The translations under genes were made by a program, and so were the position numbers. Below are positions 1-8,841 of a DNA stretch of 64,000 nt, in pieces. Source of the stretch: an uncultured Candidatus Saccharibacteria bacterium (GTDB taxonomy: Bacteria; Patescibacteriota; Minisyncoccia; Phycocordibacterales; UBA5272). Position 1 is the first letter of the stretch, and every line of letters begins with the position of its first letter. The stretch covers positions 1,446 to 65,445 of the forward strand of contig CAZBGU010000001.1 in NCBI GenBank assembly GCA_964491805.1. Direction: 5' to 3'. The notes below the pieces were generated by a model. That model worked only from the letters and a program-made list of their open reading frames with translations, did no database searches and had not been told where the DNA came from.

Positions 1-267
1 TTTAATATTGATCAGGAGATTGCTGCTCAACAGCTTACCTATACACGAAGGAGAATCGAAGAACTTAAAATTCTCAAACGGTCTCCATTTTTTGCAAAAG
101 TTACCTATCTTTTTGATAACAACAGGCGAGAAGTCTTTATATCAAAGTTTGAATTTGACTCTGCTTCAGATATTACGGTTGCTTCATGGACGGCACCGGT
201 ATCTGAACTCAGATTCGAAGATCTTGGTAAGGCGATACTTCGTCTACCTGAAAGAAAGACGAAAGAA

Positions 268-1680
268 GTGGACCTTTTTCAAAAAGATAGTTATGTTATC
301 GGAGAAGAAAAAGTTGTGTACTATTCTCAAGAAACAGAGGAGTTTGGTATTGAGATTATCTATGAAGATTTTTTAAGTACTGTTAAGAGTGAATTTGGTC
401 TTTCTGAAATTGTTGCAAAAATCGAGAAAGAGCAGTATCAGATTATTCAAAGTGATCCGAAGACCGCACTTATTATCTCTGGCCCAGCAGGATCAGGAAA
501 AACGACCATTTGTCTTCACCGTGTTGCGTACCTTATTCAAAGACCCGAGACTTCAGAGCTCTACGAGGGGAAGAAGTTGCTTATGTTGGTTCAGGACACA
601 TCCACTAAAAATTATTTTTCTTCTATACTCCCAAAACTAGGAATTCCTAATATGCTGGTTGATACTTATTTCGACTTTGGATTACAGTTACTTCAGCTTG
701 AGAACTTTTATGAAATAAGTCTTTTCAATACCGACTATGACTATCTTGATTATGTGGAAGAAAAGCTTAAGCTTTTGGATAAGCAGGTTATTAAGAGGAA
801 AAAAACACTAAAGAATGCGCTGGAAGAATTAGAAGCGCTTTATAAAAAACATCTACAAAAAGAGCATTTTGAACGTTTTTTACGTGCAAGACTCAAACAT
901 ACTTTGGATTATCTTGATGTCACGATTATGCTTATGATGATCCAAAATGAAGAAGGACGGCTCTGTCTTCAATATGAATACTATAAGTCCCTTGGGAATG
1001 GAAAGTATAAAAAACTTATAAGAACATCCGAAGTGCTGTATGGTATGGTGATTATCGATGAGTTTCAAAATTATTCTCACGATCAGATAGCACTTATAAA
1101 AAACCTTGTCGACAGAACGCACTCCCTTGTGTATGTTGGAGATGTTAATCAAAAAAGTATTTTACGTCCGAGTTCAAAGCGTTATAGCTATGATTTTAGT
1201 GATTGTAAAAAAGTTGAGCTTAATAAAGTGTACCGAAATACCAAGCAAATTCTTTCGTACATCAAGTCGTTAGGGTATGCCGTTGAAGTGCCGGATACAA
1301 TTAGAGAAGGTGAGGAAGTACGAACTTTTTTGGTAAGCGACGTACCAACTCTTGTTGAAATGGTGCAAAGTATTATCACAGGTCTTGGTGTTGAAGAAAC
1401 AGTCGGTGTCCTTTGTGACAGTGATCATGTAAAGAACATTCTTAATAGTGCACTCAGTGAGAATATGATAAATAGGCCTAGTATGAAAGTGATGACAAAA
1501 ACCGAATCACAAGGAACGGAGTTTAATAGTGTGATTTGTGTTAACGGAAATAGAGTAGTACAACAAAATGACAAGTTCTCTAAACTTCTTGAGACGACAG
1601 CTCGAAATATGCATTATATTGGATATACTCGCGCAGTCGAAAAGCTTTTTGTGTTTGAGTGTGCAGAGGGAGGTTTCTAG
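268..1680 (+). CDS. UvrD/Rep-like superfamily 1 DNA helicase (N-terminus may be incomplete or in another frame)
   Basis: Walker A 'SGPAGSGKTT', Walker B-like 'VIIDEFQNY', C-terminal 'GYTRAVEKLFVF' typical of the UvrD-like C-terminal domain. Upstream ORF 8..376 overlaps in a different frame. Confidence 0.55.
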   Translation: MDLFQKDSYVIGEEKVVYYSQETEEFGIEIIYEDFLSTVKSEFGLSEIVAKIEKEQYQIIQSDPKTALIISGPAGSGKTTICLHRVAYLIQRPETSELYEGKKLLMLVQDTSTKNYFSSILPKLGIPNMLVDTYFDFGLQLLQLENFYEISLFNTDYDYLDYVEEKLKLLDKQVIKRKKTLKNALEELEALYKKHLQKEHFERFLRARLKHTLDYLDVTIMLMMIQNEEGRLCLQYEYYKSLGNGKYKKLIRTSEVLYGMVIIDEFQNYSHDQIALIKNLVDRTHSLVYVGDVNQKSILRPSSKRYSYDFSDCKKVELNKVYRNTKQILSYIKSLGYAVEVPDTIREGEEVRTFLVSDVPTLVEMVQSIITGLGVEETVGVLCDSDHVKNILNSALSENMINRPSMKVMTKTESQGTEFNSVICVNGNRVVQQNDKFSKLLETTARNMHYIGYTRAVEKLFVFECAEGGF

Positions 1681-1989
1681 AAAGTTATAATTTTAGATAT
1701 GCCTCTGTGTAATTAGTGTAATGATGTTTGAGAAAAAGTTGCCACATACATCAACAAATCACTCTTTAGGTATCTATAAAAGATTAGCACTAATGGGGTT
1801 TTTATAAGTACCATATTTAAATTTATTAAAGAAGAAAAGAGTTACTCCTAGAAAGTCTCGAATTGGAGTTTTGAAACAAGTAAAATAGATACCATGGAAC
1901 ACAGTAGAGCAGAGTGGCGCAAGCGTATGAAGTTACCTCAAGTCTTTTGACAAAAATTGCATAGTATGTCAGAATAACGGCTCGTAGCA

Positions 1990-2271
1990 CTTTTTGGGGT
2001 CTCAATGGTAACTCTTAGATTCCGGCCCCCGTTCCTACGTAGGAACGATGTGGTGCCAGTGGTTGGGCAGACGAGGAGACAAAGGAGGTTTGTTTTCTAC
2101 CTCCAAGTCTGGAACAGGACATGGCTCCTCGAGGTTGTAGACCTTGAGGAGGAGTATGTAAGGGAGGAAGTACCCGGATACGGAGAAATCCGTTACTGGA
2201 AACCCATCAAGGTTTATTGATGCTCGGATCAGGTGCGCCGGCCTTTGGCCGGCGCTCTTCTTTTTGTTTTT
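1990..2271 (+). ncRNA. GC-rich structured intergenic element ending in an intrinsic terminator, candidate ncRNA of unknown class
   Basis: Local GC is well above the flanks. Several perfect hairpins (gttcctac/gtaggaac at ~2029-2044, ggagg...cctcc, cctcgagg...ccttgagg). No convincing ORF. Terminator stem gcgccggcc/gccggcgc plus a T-run at 2235-2271. Confidence 0.25.
2235..2271 (+). terminator. Rho-independent terminator
   Basis: Stem gcgccggcc, loop tttg, stem gccggcgc, then tcttctttttgttttt. Confidence 0.6.
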
Positions 2272-2321
2272 ATCATTGTATACTGGTGTCATATCTGTGT
2301 GTCATGTTGCATAGGGAGTTT

Positions 2322-3323
2322 ATGGAAATCAAAACAGTAGACCTAAAAAATTATTCATCTATTCGTATCGGCGGCGAAGGTCGATTAGTTGTGGTTGTGT
2401 CAGTGTCTGAGCTTACTGAAGTTATGTTATATGCAAGAAGGGAAGGGTTGCGTATTCATATTCTTGGAGATGGAACTAATACCTTTTTTTCAGAAACCCT
2501 TGAAGGAGTCTTGTTTATTAAGATTGCATTCCGTGGAATTTTATTTGAAAAAGAAAATAGTGATGTTATTGTAACTGTGCAAGCAGGTGAAACTTGGGAC
2601 GATATTGTTCGTATCTCCGTTGAGAAAGGATTGTGGGGGATTGAAAACCTCTCACTGATTCCTGGAACTGTTGGAGCAGCTCCAGTGCAAAATATTGGCG
2701 CATATGGAGTTGAGATATCAGATGCTATTATCTCATTGAGTGCGCTTGATTGCGACAGTCTTAATGTTGTAGAGATAAACAAAGATGCATGTAACTTCGA
2801 GTATCGCGACTCACTTTTCAAACAGAATAACGGTAGATATGTTATTCTTTCGTTACGATTACGGTTGTCTACGTTAGCGCGTCCCGTGCTTACATATAAG
2901 CCGCTTGATTCTCTTCTTGGAAGAGGTGCGGTGTTATCGTCTGATGTTAGAGACCTTGTTACTGTAACCAGGAAGTCTAAACTTCCAGACTACATGGAAT
3001 TCCCTAATGTGGGTTCTTTTTTTAAAAATCCGACGGTCGCAACTGACCGAAAAGATATTCTCCAAGAACAGTATCCTGACATTCCCTGTATTGAGGTCAA
3101 GGATGGATATAAGATACCTGCTGCGTGGCTTATAGAGCATGTAGCACAGATGAAAGGAGTAAGGATTGGGGATGTTGGTACGTGGCCTACCCAGCCACTT
3201 GTGCTGGTTAATTATGGTAAAGCAACAGCGCATGATGTTATAGATTTTTCGTATTCAATTATCCATAAAGTGCAAGAAAAGACAGGTATTATATTAGAGC
3301 GTGAAGTTAACTACGTTAGTTGA
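2322..3323 (+). CDS. murB: UDP-N-acetylenolpyruvoylglucosamine reductase MurB
   Basis: FAD-binding N-terminus 'IRIGGEGRLVVVV...ILGDGTNTFF', 'NFEYRDSLFK' and 'FFKNP' motifs, MurB-like length. Start chosen at MEIKTV. Confidence 0.85.
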   Translation: MEIKTVDLKNYSSIRIGGEGRLVVVVSVSELTEVMLYARREGLRIHILGDGTNTFFSETLEGVLFIKIAFRGILFEKENSDVIVTVQAGETWDDIVRISVEKGLWGIENLSLIPGTVGAAPVQNIGAYGVEISDAIISLSALDCDSLNVVEINKDACNFEYRDSLFKQNNGRYVILSLRLRLSTLARPVLTYKPLDSLLGRGAVLSSDVRDLVTVTRKSKLPDYMEFPNVGSFFKNPTVATDRKDILQEQYPDIPCIEVKDGYKIPAAWLIEHVAQMKGVRIGDVGTWPTQPLVLVNYGKATAHDVIDFSYSIIHKVQEKTGIILEREVNYVS

Positions 3324-3705
3324 ACAAAAGGAGGCGCACAATTCACATTTAAATTTGCATAAAGTTACTTTTTGTGTTATTGTATGTTTGTCGACAGCAA
3401 CATAAACAGATGTGCTGCCGTTTTCGTTTGAAGAGATAAGGAGAGAGAGATTGAACAAACATTCGGAAGAACCTGGACTGATGCAGATGTTGTTAAGAAG
3501 AGGGGTCATGGGAGCGGCTCTTGCTCACTTGAGAGCGCGTAGCAGTGGCAATCACGAGGTTGCCAAATTAGCCGCTGAGCATCTCGATGCGTATGCCAGG
3601 GCTTCAGACCAAGGAAAGCCGAATAGGGCTGGGGTCCATGACCCCCACTGTCGATACTCTGACTCGGTACTTCCTAGGAAGTAACACCGCCTCCTGGCAT
3701 CTCAA

Positions 3706-3739
3706 AGGTCCGCACATGATGCGGACCTCTGTTTTTTTA
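3706..3739 (+). terminator. Rho-independent terminator immediately upstream of rsmI
   Basis: Stem ggtccgca, loop catgat, stem gcggacc, then tctgttttttta. Confidence 0.6.
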
Positions 3740-3765
3740 TTGTTCTATCTGTTAGTATCAGACAT

Positions 3766-4461
3766 ATGAAAGAATCATCAGGAACTTTATATATAGTTCC
3801 AACACCAATTGGTAATCTTGAAGATATAACCTTCAGGGCAGTTCGTATACTTAAAGAGGTAGACCTAGTCCTTTGTGAGGACACATCGGTAACGCAACGT
3901 CTTTTTAAAGAGTACGATGTCAACACTCCGACAACGGTATTCTATGCAAATACTGGTATTAAAAATATTGAAAAAATCATAGCCCTCCTCGGAGAAGGAA
4001 AGTCATTAGCTCTAGTTTCGGATGCAGGAACACCAACCATCTCTGATCCTGGTGTATTGCTGATTCAAAAAATATACAATGAGTTACCAGATGTTACTGT
4101 TGTAGCCATCCCGGGGGCGTCTGCACTTACGACGGCACTTTCTGTGTCAGGTATTTCATCTGCACACTTTGTATTCTACGGTTTCTTGCCACACAAGAAA
4201 GGCAGAGAGACAATTTTTAAAGCAGTCGCAAACTCAGAGTGTACTTCTGTTTTTTATGAATCTGTTCATAGGATAGAAAAGACACTTGAATCTCTGGCTA
4301 CACGTATTGATAATGGTCGCACAGTTGTTATTACTCGTGAATTAACAAAACTACACGAAGAGGTTGTTCGCGGTACCGCAGATCATGTTAAGGAGTACTT
4401 TAAGAATAATGAAGATCGCATTCGAGGAGAATTTGTTGTAGTTGTAGAAGGAAAAAAGTAG
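3766..4461 (+). CDS. rsmI: 16S rRNA (cytidine1402-2'-O)-methyltransferase RsmI (tetrapyrrole-methylase fold)
   Basis: N-terminus 'GTLYIVPTPIGNLEDITFRAVRILKEVDLVLCEDT' is the RsmI signature. About 230 aa. Confidence 0.85.
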   Translation: MKESSGTLYIVPTPIGNLEDITFRAVRILKEVDLVLCEDTSVTQRLFKEYDVNTPTTVFYANTGIKNIEKIIALLGEGKSLALVSDAGTPTISDPGVLLIQKIYNELPDVTVVAIPGASALTTALSVSGISSAHFVFYGFLPHKKGRETIFKAVANSECTSVFYESVHRIEKTLESLATRIDNGRTVVITRELTKLHEEVVRGTADHVKEYFKNNEDRIRGEFVVVVEGKK

Positions 4462-4599
4462 TTGAGTTAGATATAATAGAATAACAATATATATCAAAAA
4501 TAGTGTGACGTTGTCATGATTGTATAGCGTATTTGTGCCTGGTGCGAGATTTTTATAAGTCTTGCTATTGCATCGTCTATTCTTTATACTAAGAAAACT

Positions 4600-4812
4600 A
4601 TGTCACCACTTGGAATTAAACGTGCAGTTGCGTTACTTCTTGTATTGTCGCCTTGGATTTTTATACCGGGAGTTTTGAAGGATCTTGTATTTATTTTTGC
4701 AGGAATTCTTTTGTTTATTAGCACACTTGATCTTCGGAAGAAGGTCGTTCATAGTGAGCATCATCAGGAAACCGAAAGTCGACCTCTTGCTCACGCCGTC
4801 GTGAATGCATGA
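4600..4812 (+). CDS. Small two-TM membrane protein, hypothetical
   Basis: Two hydrophobic helices and RBS-like spacing. Overlaps the next gene by 4 nt. Weak. Confidence 0.25.
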   Translation: MSPLGIKRAVALLLVLSPWIFIPGVLKDLVFIFAGILLFISTLDLRKKVVHSEHHQETESRPLAHAVVNA

Positions 4813-6002
4813 AGCCTTTTATCGTCTCGGCGTTGATTTTTTCATTGTTTTTGTATTGGGTCTTAGGTGAAGGTTCTACAGTCTTACAGAAAACGACTAG
4901 TTTTGGTACTGAGGTGTACACAAAAGAAAGTGCGACAAGTACTATGTCTGAAGATGTCGCAACGACGACGGAAGCCACAACTACTATAAAACTTGTGACA
5001 CATGTGAAGACACCAGAACACGTAAAGGCAATCTATATGTCCTCATGGGTTGCGGGGACACCATCTGTTCGTTCACGGTTGATAACATTAATTGATGAGA
5101 CAGAGCTTAATGCTGTAGTTATAGATGTAAAAGATAACACAGGCATGCTTAGTTGGGACGGAAGAATCAAGGACCTAAACGACTTTGTGGAAGAACTTCA
5201 CAAAAAAAATATATACGTGATTGCCCGTATCGCGTCATTCCAAGATCCGATGTTTGTAAAGCGTCATCCTGAGCTTGCGGTGAAGAATGTAAAGACAGGA
5301 GGGGTGTGGAAGGATCACAAGGGTGTACCTTGGATAGATACCGGATCTCGTGCGATGTGGGAGTACCTGGCTCAGATAGGCCATGAGGCATACAATCGTG
5401 GCTTCGATGAACTTAACTATGACTATATTCGTTTCCCAACTGATGGAGATCTTAAGTCAATGCGTTTTCCAATTTCTGGTGAGCGTGCACTTGTCGACAA
5501 GAGAGGTATTGTTAAGGATTTCTATAAGTTCCTCCATGAGGAGTTTTCTCCACTTCATATTCCGATCTCAGGTGATTTGTTCGGCATTGTTGCTACAAAT
5601 AAAAATGAAACAAAAACATTAGGTCAAGATCTTGAAGATGCTTTTCGCTATTTTGATTATGTTGCTCTCATGGTGTACCCATCACATTTTTATGCTGGAA
5701 CCGCGGGGTATCAGAATCCAGCAGCTCACCCACGAGAGATTATCGAGTATTCAACACGAGGGGCTCTTGATATTGCAACAATGATGGCAAACCAGACAGC
5801 AAATGCTTCAGACACAGAAGTGTTTGCGACAAGTACGCTTATTGCTAAGTTACGTCCGTGGTATCAGGATTTTGACATGGGGGCAACCTATACAAAAGAA
5901 ATGGTTCGCGCACAGATGGAGGCAGGGTATACATATAATGTTAACTCATGGATGTTGTGGGATCCCGCAAATAAGTACACACCGAGCGCACTTTTACGGT
6001 AG
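4809..6002 (+). CDS. Secreted/membrane-anchored DUF4015-like putative glycoside hydrolase (TIM-barrel GHL family)
   Basis: N-terminal TM or signal segment. 'YMSSWVAGTPS...LIDETELNAVVIDVKD...YDYIRFP' resembles the DUF4015 putative glycosyl hydrolase family. Confidence 0.45.
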   Translation: MKPFIVSALIFSLFLYWVLGEGSTVLQKTTSFGTEVYTKESATSTMSEDVATTTEATTTIKLVTHVKTPEHVKAIYMSSWVAGTPSVRSRLITLIDETELNAVVIDVKDNTGMLSWDGRIKDLNDFVEELHKKNIYVIARIASFQDPMFVKRHPELAVKNVKTGGVWKDHKGVPWIDTGSRAMWEYLAQIGHEAYNRGFDELNYDYIRFPTDGDLKSMRFPISGERALVDKRGIVKDFYKFLHEEFSPLHIPISGDLFGIVATNKNETKTLGQDLEDAFRYFDYVALMVYPSHFYAGTAGYQNPAAHPREIIEYSTRGALDIATMMANQTANASDTEVFATSTLIAKLRPWYQDFDMGATYTKEMVRAQMEAGYTYNVNSWMLWDPANKYTPSALLR

Positions 6003-6078
6003 AGTAGAAAACTTTTGCTGTCTTGTGTATTACTATGTTTTGTTGTCGGTGTTACCGCGTATACTTATGAGGTGAGAG

Positions 6079-6957
6079 GTGAAGTTTTTTCTTATCATGA
6101 ATTCAACATTTAAACTCCTTCTACTTAATTGTGTTATTTTGGTTGTTTTTGCGTTGTTAATCAATAATGCACTTACGAAACGGACAGAAAACACAAAGCT
6201 CTCCATGAAATTTCCAAGCACACTGTCATATGAGTCACAGTTATCTGGAAAATTTTCCACAACAACCGATCCTTTTGGAACATCTACAATGAAAGCTCCA
6301 GCTTTTGTTGTGCCTCTTGCAAATGATGGTTTGTATTTTGCTTTTAAGGCACCTCCTGCAGCAGCAGTCGATCTCAATGTGTTAGAAAAAGTGGGTGATC
6401 ATTACTACAAAAGTACTAGTACAGCATACTATAAGCAACAGGTAACAAACGAGTGCGACAATACTAACGAAGAAAAAATGGTAGAACTTTCTTTTGGAGA
6501 CCAGAGTGGTTTTGTCGCTGACGGATCACAGACTTTTGCAAGAGATTCAAAAAATATATTTGTTGATTTTTATAAAGTAAAAGATGCGGACCCTCTATCA
6601 TTTACGTTTATCGGTCAGTCAAAGTCGAAGAAAAATGATTATATAAATACGGTAGATAGTTTTTGGTACAAAGATACACATACAGTGCATGTTATTGTAA
6701 AAATGTATACAGCGTGTGAAGGGAAGAGTATTCTTGAGGATCTCGCTAATCAAAACTTTAAAAATGTAGATCTCTCCACATTTGAATATATTGGTTTTGA
6801 TGAGGCGTCTTCTTTAGGTTATGCGAAGGACAAAAACTTCTTTTACTCATCACAGGGAGTGCTTTCTGAAACTGTTGTGCCCTCTTCATGCCAAGGCGAT
6901 TTCTTTAGAGAGTGTCTTCCTCGTATAACAGCTTCCTCGTCACCTCTTGTTCAATAG
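6079..6957 (+). CDS. DKNYY-repeat secreted/membrane protein
   Basis: N-terminal TM helix. Repeated '..D.NxFY..' motifs, for example 'YAKDKNFFYSSQG', 'ARDSKNIFVDFYKV', 'GDHYYKSTSTAYYK'. Confidence 0.4.
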   Translation: MKFFLIMNSTFKLLLLNCVILVVFALLINNALTKRTENTKLSMKFPSTLSYESQLSGKFSTTTDPFGTSTMKAPAFVVPLANDGLYFAFKAPPAAAVDLNVLEKVGDHYYKSTSTAYYKQQVTNECDNTNEEKMVELSFGDQSGFVADGSQTFARDSKNIFVDFYKVKDADPLSFTFIGQSKSKKNDYINTVDSFWYKDTHTVHVIVKMYTACEGKSILEDLANQNFKNVDLSTFEYIGFDEASSLGYAKDKNFFYSSQGVLSETVVPSSCQGDFFRECLPRITASSSPLVQ

Positions 6958-6991
6958 AAGCTTTCGTTTCATTTGTTATACTACAATCAAC

Positions 6992-8830
6992 ATGTCAGAG
7001 CAACAGAAAGTAACGTATATCGGCAAGGTAGATTTTCGAAACAAAGAGCTTACCTTTGGGATAAAGGAAAAGGACAGGACCAAGCATACCTATGTGATTG
7101 GTAAATCTGGTATGGGTAAATCAACACTACTTGAGAACTTGGCAATTCAAGACATCAATAATGGTGAAGGCCTATGTGTTATCGATCCGCACGGGTCATT
7201 TGCAGAAAAATTACTTGACCATATCCCGGAATCACGAGTTAAAGATGTTGTATATTTTTCACCAGCAGATAATGACTATCCCGTCGGTCTTAATGTTCTT
7301 GAAAAAGTTCCAGCAGATAAGAGGTATCTCGTTGCTAACGGTCTCATGTCCGCTTTCAAAAAGATTTTCGTCGATGGTGATGGAAAGGCAACATTTAGTG
7401 CACGTATGGAGTACGTGCTCAACTATATTATTCTTGCACTACTTGAAAATGAAAACCAGACGCTTCTAGGCATTAACAGAATGCTTTTTGATAAAGAGTA
7501 TAGAAAAATGATTGTGTCTAATGTCACAGACCCGACTGTAAAAGATTTTTGGATGAATGAGTACGCTAATTATACCGAGAAGACAACCCAGGAACTTGCA
7601 CCTGGAATTCAGAATAAAATCGGTCAATTCGTTTCTAATCCATTAATTCGAAATATCATTGGCCAGCAAAAAACATCATTCAATGTTCGAGAGTTGATGG
7701 ACAACAAAAAGATTCTCATTATTAACTTGTCTAAAGGAAAGGTTGGGGAGGGTAACGCGAATCTTCTTGGGTCACTCCTTATTACAAAAATTTATCTAGC
7801 TGCAATGTCTCGTGCAGACATTGATCCCTACGAAGCTGAAAAATTACCACCCTTTTATTTTTATGTTGATGAGTTTCAGAACTTCGCCAATGAGTCATTC
7901 GCAAGTATTTTATCTGAGGCACGTAAATATAAATTAGCCCTTACTGTTGCTCATCAGTATGTTGAGCAGATGACAGATGAGGTGAAGTCGGCAGTTTTTG
8001 GTAACGTTGGGACAATGATTGTGTTTCGTGTCGGAGCAACTGATGCGGAGGTGTTTGAAAAAGAGTTTGCCCCATACTTTATTCTCGATGACTTTGTTAA
8101 TCTTTCTGCACATCAGGTGTATCTTCGTCTTATGATAGATTCCCAAGGCTCTAAGCCTTTTTCTGCTCGTACACTTAGTCCGATAGAAAGGCCTGTTCAT
8201 TCATTTGTACAATCAGTTATTGCGCATACCCGAGCATCATATGCCAAACCTCGCTTTGTGGTAGAGGAAGAAATCGCTGCATTTTACGTGCCGATTCCAA
8301 AGGAGACCAAAAAAGAAAGTAATAACTCTTCTTCTCAACAGCAAAAGCCTCAACAGAAAGATGCTTCACAGGTTCGCCAGAGTGATGAGAAACAGCAGGA
8401 GAAAGAAGAAAAACGACAAAGAGATGAACGTCAGCTTCGTGTTCGTAAAATCACAGATCAGACCCCACTTCCTCCAAAACGATCAGAGCAACGTCGTGAC
8501 GATCTTTCAAAAAAGGAGACAACAAAGCAAGATATTTACCTTGAAAATAGAAGCATAGAAGAAGAATTCCATAAGCCGCCACAAAGTCAGAAAAAAGATC
8601 TTTTTGGAGAGAAGAAACAAAAGCAAGCAAGCCCACTCGAGAATATATCTGTTCCAAAGTTTGATGATAAACCAGCTGTATCACTCAAGGATGCGTTAGC
8701 AAAGGCAATGAGTGATCATAAAAATGAACGAGAGGATTCTGTTGCTGTTCAAGAAAAGATAGAAGTACATGAGAATCAAAAGAGAAAAGAAGTTTCCGAA
8801 GATGTTCTCCGGAAACTCTTAGAAGACTAA
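6992..8830 (+). CDS. P-loop ATPase, type IV coupling protein (TraD/VirD4)-like or DUF87-like, with Lys/Glu/Gln-rich C-terminal tail
   Basis: Walker A 'GKSGMGKST', Walker B-like 'FYFYVDEFQNF', 'LALTVAHQYVEQM'. Low-complexity charged tail from about residue 450 onwards. Confidence 0.5.
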   Translation: MSEQQKVTYIGKVDFRNKELTFGIKEKDRTKHTYVIGKSGMGKSTLLENLAIQDINNGEGLCVIDPHGSFAEKLLDHIPESRVKDVVYFSPADNDYPVGLNVLEKVPADKRYLVANGLMSAFKKIFVDGDGKATFSARMEYVLNYIILALLENENQTLLGINRMLFDKEYRKMIVSNVTDPTVKDFWMNEYANYTEKTTQELAPGIQNKIGQFVSNPLIRNIIGQQKTSFNVRELMDNKKILIINLSKGKVGEGNANLLGSLLITKIYLAAMSRADIDPYEAEKLPPFYFYVDEFQNFANESFASILSEARKYKLALTVAHQYVEQMTDEVKSAVFGNVGTMIVFRVGATDAEVFEKEFAPYFILDDFVNLSAHQVYLRLMIDSQGSKPFSARTLSPIERPVHSFVQSVIAHTRASYAKPRFVVEEEIAAFYVPIPKETKKESNNSSSQQQKPQQKDASQVRQSDEKQQEKEEKRQRDERQLRVRKITDQTPLPPKRSEQRRDDLSKKETTKQDIYLENRSIEEEFHKPPQSQKKDLFGEKKQKQASPLENISVPKFDDKPAVSLKDALAKAMSDHKNEREDSVAVQEKIEVHENQKRKEVSEDVLRKLLED

Positions 8831-8841
8831 TATTACTTTCT

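Noticed and set aside
1840-2230. Possible RNase P RNA. Motifs resemble P4 strands (gaaagtctcg..., cagaataacggctcg) and there are ggtgccag and actggaaaccc segments.
   Set aside because: The P4-like halves are only ~120 nt apart and the other motifs occur in the wrong order for any known RNase P architecture. The resemblance is too short to be meaningful without a covariance-model hit.
3440-3739. Possible tmRNA. The ORF fragment reads ...GNHEVAKLAA, which resembles an ssrA tag ending in LAA.
   Set aside because: No stop codon follows the LAA. There is no tRNA-like T-arm (GGTTCGA..TCC) or CCA 3' end, and no GGGG 5' acceptor. Not tmRNA by these criteria.
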